DNA of 63,511 nucleotides, filler included, from Platydemus manokwari (taxonomy: Eukaryota), in NCBI GenBank assembly GCA_037951405.1. It is 5 parts of 5 records of this genome, joined end to end, with 100 filler letters (N's around TTAATTAATTAA, not from the genome) between each part and the next. Parts side by side here need not be neighbours in the genome. Positions count along the whole stretch, not along the records: positions 43,678 to 63,511 come from JBBMOY011733619.1; 4 more parts are not named here. One strand, 5' to 3'. Within the stretch, counting starts at the first letter, position 1. The number at the start of each line of letters is the position of its first letter. Positions 55,200-63,511 of this stretch are shown here, one piece after another. The position numbers were made by a program, and so were the translations under genes. The notes under the pieces are model-generated. The model was not told where the DNA came from. It saw only the letters and a program-made list of their open reading frames with translations, and made no database searches.

Positions 55200-58100
55200 T
55201 CTCGGTAAATTTACCTTTATTTCTAACATATCTGAGGTGTTCTTAATAACATCCTTCTATGTGCACACGTTTATAACTACAGTGTGAATGCTATCAATTA
55301 TATAGATATTGAGAGATTTAGTGCTATCATTCAGCGATTTGAAGTAAATGGCATAGTCATTATTACTGAATCTGAATCCATTCGAATAGCTGCAACTGTA
55401 AGCGAAAATTCTGAGAGGAATGTTCAAAATCTAGTCCAAGGTTTTTACAAGGACCAACAGTAATAAAAATACATTTACACTGATTTCGTCCGGTATCTTG
55501 ACTTTATACAAACTGTGTGAACAAACTTTCGATATAGAGCCAATTGCAGTTAATCAAATTATAAAAAAGCTCAAATCCCAAAACTTTGAACCTCAGAAGC
55601 AAATCTTTAATAGAGTTTTTGGAAAATCATTTTTATATCAAGAAATTATGATTCGGAAATCAGTAAAACTGATTATAAAACAATTTCAAATTGGATGCCG
55701 ATGTCATTCTTAAATTAAATATGTAGAATTTTCGCGAAAATTTAGCTGGTTGCAATTGCGTAGCCATCAGCAAAAGATTGAGTCCTGGTAAAAGAGGAAG
55801 GGGAGTTTTTGAATGTTTCACTAATTACAATTGTTAGGTTTCTATGGTTCGAGACTATTACACGCTGTCGGTAATCAATCCAGCATGTGAGTTCGATCTA
55901 TTTACCTAAAATCAATGTTTGATCTGGTGGAAGAAATGAATACATTTATTTATACGCTACAATGCACAAATTGATTTAATTCGATAGTGTAATTACTTTA
56001 GATAAAGGAATTAAGACCAATTAGAGAGCAATTTAATATAGATTTTAAGAGCTGTGTACAAATATAAATAGGAATAGTTTTTCGTAGGCGATGTGTAAGA
56101 CAGATCAAAACTTGGGATGAGAGTAACTTGAGCAAGTTGAAATCAATCTTGATATATTTATTGTGCAGTTGCAGGGATTGCTGCAAGTCCGGTTTGGAGA
56201 TGTAGACATCATATAATTCCAAGGATGATTATTCGATAGATAAGGTTATAGGTGAGGTAGTTGATATTTTGTTTGACACAATGATTGGTTGAATTTTTTC
56301 TCACAAATGATAATAATTGTTCTGCTATTGTACCTTATATTGGTAATAAAGAGATGATACCAAATTCAACCAATCAATTTGGTGATAGGCTCCTTGATTA
56401 CTTACTCGATAGTATGGTTGATGAGTGCATAACACACCATTGGAAAAGTCACATTCCGTTCTCGGACTTGGATGATATTGATTACACTTATTTCTCCAGC
56501 AGTTCTGATTTTGACTCTATGATCATGAACATTTCTGTAGGTGTACAAATTGTTTTGGAAAGTGATAATGACTCTTTCATCTTACCACCGTCAATTGTTG
56601 ATTCCAAAGACCTAAAATTAGATATGAGTGTTTTTAAACCTTTTGGTAGAATTAATAACTATTCCTATTTCTGATATAGAAATAACAGATCTCTCTATTA
56701 TTTCTGAGACGCCAGTAATGAAAATCTTTACAGTTTGCTCTAACTCAAAGGTTTGGTGTTGTTTGTGTCAAAACAGAAAGAAATTTTTTGTCATACACTG
56801 TAGTGCCAATATTACAGTGGAACGAAAACACTTTGCTACAATTCATAATCTGACAGATATTAATGATCTTGGAATAACTTACCATAGTGGTTTTGTTGTA
56901 AATATTGTTAATTTCAAGCTACTACTCAAGTAGAATCTTGTAAATCTTTGACTTTAAATGACGAAATATTGATGTTATTACAGTTAAGGGAAGACGATCT
57001 TACTTCATGATGACTAAGCGGGCCAGAGATTGAAGGTTATATCCGTCTTCTATTGTCTGATAGGAAAGGTATAATTTCCATTCCGCCTCTTCCTACTATA
57101 GCTATTGCCAGTTGTAAGTCGAATTTATTATATGATTCTTTCCATTTCGTAATATTGGAATAACGATTATTACCTTGCCTTCATTGCCAATGCTGGTAAA
57201 CAAAAATCTTTCCTAACAGATCCCGCAAGGAGTGAGTTATCAGAAGAATAAATATTTTTATGGGACAAACTTAATTGGATCTTGGAGCACTTCTTTCTAA
57301 TTTAAATATCGACGTTCCTTTTTCCGAAGATCTTTTCACAAATGAGCCAATTTCTGTTGAAGAAATTGCTTCTGCTTTCAAAACCTCGAAAAATTCTACT
57401 ACTGGTAATGATAGCTTGTTGTCCAAGGATTGATGTGAGATTGATCCGAAATTTGTGTTTTTGCATAAGTTCTTTAATTTAATGTTAAGTTCAAATCGTG
57501 TTCCGGATCAGGGGAAACAATTTAAGACTTTTCTCATATTGAAACCACTGAAGGATGTGCAAGCACACTTAGTATCATCTTGGCGACCAATAACGCTAAT
57601 GAACAAGTCCAATAGATTGTTTTGTAACATTATTAACATTCGTATGCTTCGTTGGATTACCAGTAAAGATTTAATCTCTGGGAATCAAAAAGCACTTTTA
57701 TCTGAGGATGAATGTGCTAAGCACAATGCATGCCTTTAATCCATTTACAAATCTTGTAAAATCTCAAAGGGAAATTGCCATTTCGTTTGGTTAGATCTTA
57801 AGGAATAATTTCCTAGCTTCCCTCATGAGTTAACTTGGTTGACTCTGGAAAAGATGGGTTGTGCATCCAGCACAATCAATCTTCTGAAGAATTTGTTTAG
57901 TGGCGTGAGTACTGCATATCACTGTGAGAATATAATCATTCCTTCTATTGATTTGGTTAAAGGTGTCAAACGAGATTGCCCCTTGTCAAAGTCATTGTTC
58001 TGTTTATCGATAGATTTCCTTGTTAAGTCCTGTAATAATTTGAAGAGACTTCTCACATTATCTAATATGAAAATTTCCATATTGGCTTATGCTAAAGACT

Positions 58101-59783
58101 TGGTAGTTGTTTCTAGTGATGCAGCAGGGATTAGGTGGAATAGGTTAGGTGGAATTGTGAATCTGGCTAGTAAGGTTAATCTTACTTTTAATTCAAGTTA
58201 ATGTGTATATTTCTGTAGTGATCCGGTGAAAAGAACGGTTCTCAGAATATACGATAGTGATATTCCAGTAGTGGATGAAAAGAACCTATATAAGTATCTT
58301 GAAGTTCCGTTTGGATTCCCAAAGAGGAAAGATATTGGTGACATTTTAAATAATGTCATCTCCAACTTCGAGGTGATTTGCACCAAGGACTTACATCCGA
58401 GCCAAAAGCTAAATGCTTTAGAGTGTTTCTACACTCTAGACTGCTTTTTTTTTATCTTCAAAACAGAGAGGTCAGCATTTTATCTCTTTCCTCTCTACAC
58501 AAGAGGAAAATAGGTGGTAAGCCCAGGGAACTCGGGTTCGATGAAAAGATTAGACCGTTGGTTAAGAAAGTGATAGAAGTTAGCTTTTTTCCTGCAGCCA
58601 ATAATGATTTTTGTATACCAGAAAGATGGGTGGTCTTGGCCATATTATATTAAGAGTATAGTAGGAGGTTTTCGGTTGTTGAACAGTTTTGACTCTGTCT
58701 TTGATTGATCGCACTAGTGAATAAGCGTTTCAATCTTTCTGAAGTTGACGAATTCCATAGGGCTTGTGACTGGCTAAATAACACAATTGATGATGATCAT
58801 GCTGGACCAGGCTCTTGGTGGTCGAAGGTTTGGTTGAGGGTCCGAGCTCTGTGGAAGAGAGAAAAAGGTTTTAATTTCGTCTTGCTTGAAGGACATATAT
58901 TTGTTATAGTTATCTGCAGGGATTCACAGTATATGATAGACAACAAAGAGAAGAATAAATTGTGTTTTATTCTTCCTGATGGGTTTGGTTTCTTGAGTTT
59001 TATCTCTTGAACTGAGAAAAATTTCCAGGGTATGTTAGTTAAGACTGTTGCGCTATCTAAGATTTCAATGGGAGTCTTGAACTCAATTGTGTTGTCCCAC
59101 AGGTTTGGTCTTTTTTACAGCTGAATTTCATTCCTTTCTGTGTAATGCAGGGTAAATATTTAAATTACAGTCGGTGCGAGACTGCAGCGGAATAGATAGC
59201 TCACGTACTCAACTATTGCATTGGTAACCGTTATGGGGTGACCTTTAAGCAGTGCTTGAAATTTTGGCTCAAAGGCTTATTGCTTTAGGATATAATGTAG
59301 ACATCGACCGCTCATCAAATGAGGTGAAGACTTCCTTACGTCCTGACTTAATAATCCAAACTCCGGGTAGTAGAAACATGAAAAAACATTCCTTTCTCCT
59401 AGATCTTAAGGTCCCACTTGATAAGGAAGAAAACTTTAGGAATAACGTGATGAGAAACGACCGAAAGTATGAAGACCTAGCAGTTCAAATAGCTAAGCAA
59501 TTCAGAACTTTAGTGAGTGTGCATGTGTTAAAGGTAGTTGTTTAGGAACATGGGATCCACAAAATAATGGAGTTTTGAATAAAATAGGGTTAGATAATAA
59601 GAGTTCAAATGACTTGGCTTCACTTCTTGTTTCTACTTCTATTATAGAATGATATATAGGTTTTATAGATCTCAAATAGAGAAGGAGGCTAGGCCTCCTA
59701 TAAACAACCCCGCCAATATGTCTAACACACAATAACGGAAAAAATGAGGGCTTGTACACACGTAAAAGGGATACCAGTATAGG
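55200..59783 (+). mobile_element. pseudogenised non-LTR retrotransposon with RT and restriction-like endonuclease (R2 group; NeSL/Utopia-like)
   Basis: Ordered RT motifs: WRPITLMN..RLF, NQKALLSEDECAKH, WLDLK..FPSFPHE, GVKRDCPLSKSLF, LAYAKDL (YADD), YKYLEVPF, LHPSQKL. Then a CCHC ghost YSRC....E*IAHVLNYC (~59166-59219) and RLE motifs LRPDLII, LLDLKVP, KYEDLA, LGTWDPQN. Multiple stops and frameshifts; ends at a (TAT)n tract ~59784-59806. 5' boundary approximate. Confidence 0.9.
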
Positions 59784-60623
59784 TATTATTATTATTATTG
59801 TTATTGTCGGTTGTATATAAGGTGTATGTAAGAGACAGTATCGTCTTTTCCACATTTCCATTCATTTTTATGCAATCGTAGAGCGCATTTATCTTGATTG
59901 TTGAGATCATCTCTTCATGGAGAAAAACATGGATAAATCGATTATAGGATATCGAATAAATATTACCTTTTATTTTCATTTTATATCAGAAAAATATCGC
60001 CACGGGGATGAGTTTTATTATTGTTACATAAGCATATTTTGTTTTTTAGATTTTAGCCTGGTAATTGATGATTGCGGAACGAGAAGATAAGACTAAAGAA
60101 AAGCGCACAGTGAACATATTCATACCCGTGAAAACCGACTACAAATTACAAAAGTTGGACTATAAAAACCAGAATTTCGGACTTTGATTTTCAAAAGAGA
60201 AATTTTTGTTTTGAAATAAATCCTTGTATCTTCAAAAAAATTCACATTTTTTACATTTCTTTTATTTTATAATCTATAATCCACTGTTCTATAATGTATT
60301 CAATGATAGTTGCGTTACATTTTGAACCAATTTTGCTTAATTTTTAATTTGATATTTATAAAACAGCTTTTTCTATTGAGACATTCCATTTGGTTCTAAA
60401 GGGTTTGATATTTATCGAAGACATACAATGTACTTTGCATTTTTCAGGCATTTTTCAGTATGACTTAATACTACTCGTAAACTTGATTTATTTTTTGTTT
60501 GTATTGGGAAGGTAATGAAATTCTTAATTTTTTAACTTTATATATATATATATATCCTAATCTAAGAGGTATGTTAATTTATTTGTCAGATAACGATATA
60601 ATATGACAGCTTATTTTTACCCA

Positions 60624-60714
60624 GCAGCTTGTGAGGTTTAGTAAAAAATACTTAATTTACATAAGATTAAAATTATAAAATTAAAAAATATTTTTAATAA
60701 ACCTCACAAGCTGC
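60624..60714. repeat. 91 nt inverted repeat / hairpin
   Basis: GCAGCTTGTGAGGTTTA (60624-60640) is the exact reverse complement of TAAACCTCACAAGCTGC (60698-60714); pairing continues imperfectly inward. Confidence 0.9.
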
Positions 60715-61552
60715 AAGATGTCTTTTGCTTTAAATATAAAAAATAAAGAAGTTTTAGCAACTAACACAGCCCAAAATCAATCGATATATAATAAGCCAAA
60801 AGATCGTAATGAAATTAATTCAATAAATGTATTACCAGACTCGGTTAAAGTGATTTCAATCGTTCTGGAAAAAGTGTTTCGATCCGAGTTTATCAAAAAT
60901 TGTTGATAATTAATTAATTTTGAGTAATGGTGTATCCAAGATCCTTCAATATCTACAGATTAATTTAGTTATCTGTCATAATCATTCGAATCTATTCTTA
61001 TTGGTTTTATATAAATCTTAGTTACTTTATTTTTAAACGATATATTGTAAGTTTATTTATCAAACCAGTTATTTTTGTAAGTTATATCAAATGAGTATGG
61101 ATATTAGCAAGTTGTGGCGAACGACAACAAATTACTGGATATCTAAAATGAATGGTTTTTTAATTAAAATGATGATCAAAAATGTACTTGTATAAAGTAA
61201 TTCCGTGTATAAAGTAAGAAGCATTTAGGATAACGAATATTTTTAAATCTAAAATATTCTTAGAATTTGAGTTTAATTTTCTTGTCTGTATAGATCTATG
61301 CGATATTTTAGAAAATTCGTTTCGATCGTTTGAATAACAGTGAAAGAATTTATGGTCAACTTGATGGCTAACCACTAAGTTTTTTAAATACTGAATTTCA
61401 TTATAAATTAAGTATTGAGGGAAAATAAAAAATTAAATAAGTTATATAATTCCATCATTTCATTTGTACACACTATTAATACTTTAAAATAAAAAAGTTA
61501 GAAATGAATATTAATAAATAACGATCGATAATTTTAAAGGTTTATAATATAA

Positions 61553-63213
61553 ATGGTATGAATATGGAATAATAAATTAAACATCATACTTTGATGAAAC
61601 GATTTGATTTTTAGAAGGAAATCATCTCGATAAATATCGGTCAATCTGGAGTACAGTTAGCCAATGCTGCATGGGAATTGTTTTGTATCGAACATGGTAT
61701 CAGAGCAGATGGCACAATGCACAGTGCTATAGAAAACGATGAAACCGGTTATGAAACCTTCTTCAGATCTACAGAATGCAACTATATTCCACGAGCAATT
61801 TCAGTTGATTTCGAACCAACAGTTATAGGTTTGACATTATCTTGCATTAAGTTGTAATAGATTTCATTATTAATATTAGATGAAGTTCGCGTTGGTGCTT
61901 ACAGGAAATTATTCAATCCCGATCAACTGATCTCAGGCTTTGAAGACTGTGCCAACAACTTTGCACGAGGAAATTTTACTGTTGGTAAATCGTTCTTGAA
62001 GCCTGTTATGAAACAAATCAGAAAACAAATAGAAAGTTGTGATAGTATGCAAGGATTTTGTTTTTTAAATAGTTTTGATGGCGGTACTGGTTCTGGATTT
62101 ACATCTGCTGTTCAAGAAGAATTGTCTATGATTTTTGGCAAACGTCCCAAGTTTCAAATTGGAATTTACCCATCTCGTCGAATGGCTACTAGTACTGTTT
62201 ATCCATACAATGCTATATTTCATACTCATTCGACAATGACCCACACTAATTTGAATGCTTTAATGGATAATGAAGCTATTTATGATATTTGTACAAAGAA
62301 ACTTGATATAGAAAGACCCACATATAGCAATATAAACCGGATTATTGTACAATTATTTAGTAGTATAACCATTTCCGCTCGATCAAGAAATCTTATAAAT
62401 AGCGATTTGGATCAGTTATGTACAAATTTAGTTCCTTACCCACGAATCCATTTCCCTCTTTCACATCTTTCGCCTCTATTAAGTGTAAATAAAGCGGATA
62501 AAGAATCGTCAAATATTACTGACATGACACGAGATATATTCGATGCAGAAAATCAATTAGTTCAATGCAACTCTGCAAATGGGAGATACATAGCTTGCGT
62601 ACTTCAATTTCGAGGTCCGATACCACCAGCTCTTGTTAATAAAACCATCATTGAAATTAAAAACCGAAGTGATGTTAATTTTGTAGAATGGTGTCCAACA
62701 GGATTTAAAATTGGAATCAGCAGTATGCCTTCAGCAAGTCCACCGGGTAGTGCATTAGCTCATATGAAGAAAACTTTGGCAATGTTATCAAATTCCACTG
62801 CTGTAGTGGAAACGTGGATTGATTTGTTAAAGAAATTCGATTTGCTCTTTGCCAGGCGATCCTTTATTCACTGGTTTGTCGGTGAGGGATTGGAGGAAGG
62901 AGAATTTCTTGAAGCTTATCAAAACATAAAATCATTAGAGAATGATTATTTGGAAATATCTTTGTCGGAAAACGAAATGTCTAAAGGTGGTAAAATTCCA
63001 ACATCAAGAAGCTTTGAAATTACTGAATCTAGAAGTGCATCAAGAGGAATGAGCAAAAGCAAGTCAAAAAGTAAAGAGTCCAATTTATCGCAATCAAGTC
63101 TAAACAAATCATCGAAATCACCAAAAACAACAGCAAAAACTCAATCGAAATCACCAAATAAATCATCGAAATCTCCAAAGAAACCTCAATTATTTCCACC
63201 TCCTAGCAAGTAA
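61553..63213 (+). CDS. TUBA: highly divergent alpha-tubulin with basic C-terminal extension, 516 aa
   Basis: Exons 61553-61555 (ATG only), 61615-61828 and 61880-63213 (1551 nt). Introns fall after codon 1 and within the D76-equivalent codon, both positions known from animal alpha-tubulin genes. Alpha-type motifs: WELFCIEHGI, FEPTVIDEVR, GGTGSGFTS, DNEAIYDIC..LDIERPTY, TNLVPYPRIHFPL, FVEWCPTGFKIGI, FIHWFVGEGLEEGEF. Confidence 0.93.
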
Positions 63214-63511
63214 ACGTCTCCCATTGATTGTATTGAATATCTAAAATCATGATATCTTAAATCTATTATACTTATCAGAATATTTAAATGAATTTATTAA
63301 CTGACTATCTTTGCAGGTTTTAAACCTTGTCTAAAATTAATTTCAATCAATTTAGTGATTGAATAAATAACTGAAATATCTCATACACAAGGAGATAATT
63401 TTCCATAATTGTTATTTTTTGATGAATGTCCAAAATAAATAAAGTTTTCGACTTTAGATTTAGTATTTTTGTGTGGCAAAGTTAATTGTGAAGTATAAAT
63501 TTGAGAATTCA

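Noticed and set aside
1-63511. CRISPR arrays, rRNA genes, prokaryotic operons
   Set aside because: No regularly spaced repeat-spacer array or rRNA-like sequence seen; gene structure is spliceosomal and eukaryotic.

Overview
AT-rich eukaryotic genomic scaffold. The ~45-55 nt GT-AG mini-introns, long (ATT)n tracts and metazoan gene content suggest a triclad planarian; this is inference. Five recognisable host genes were reconstructed by hand: (1) ZNF608/609 (scribbler/brakeless)-type transcriptional cofactor, + 14180-16590, 5 exons; (2) SynGAP/DAB2IP/RASAL2-type C2-RasGAP, - 37640-40388, 5' end missing; (3) synergin-gamma, + 44414-47186, both ends unresolved; (4) an intronless RING + acidic coiled-coil ORF, + 50152-50988; (5) a highly divergent alpha-tubulin, + 61553-63213. 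There are also three less certain unidentified genes (one cut by the left window edge). The rest is non-coding DNA with decayed mobile elements: a Tc1/mariner deletion derivative and its MITE, hAT and Merlin remnants, a three-copy element end, and one clear plus one probable RLE-type non-LTR retrotransposon. Five assembly gaps are present, four carrying an artificial TTAATTAATTAA linker. Two observations stand out. First, the alpha-tubulin has the catalytic E254 replaced by Q, lacks K40, and carries a 77-aa basic S/K-rich SPK-repeat tail in place of the acidic EEY tail. Second, two hammerhead-ribozyme-like motifs of different topology lie in tandem on the minus strand at 6843-6978. All family assignments come from recalled motifs, not database searches.
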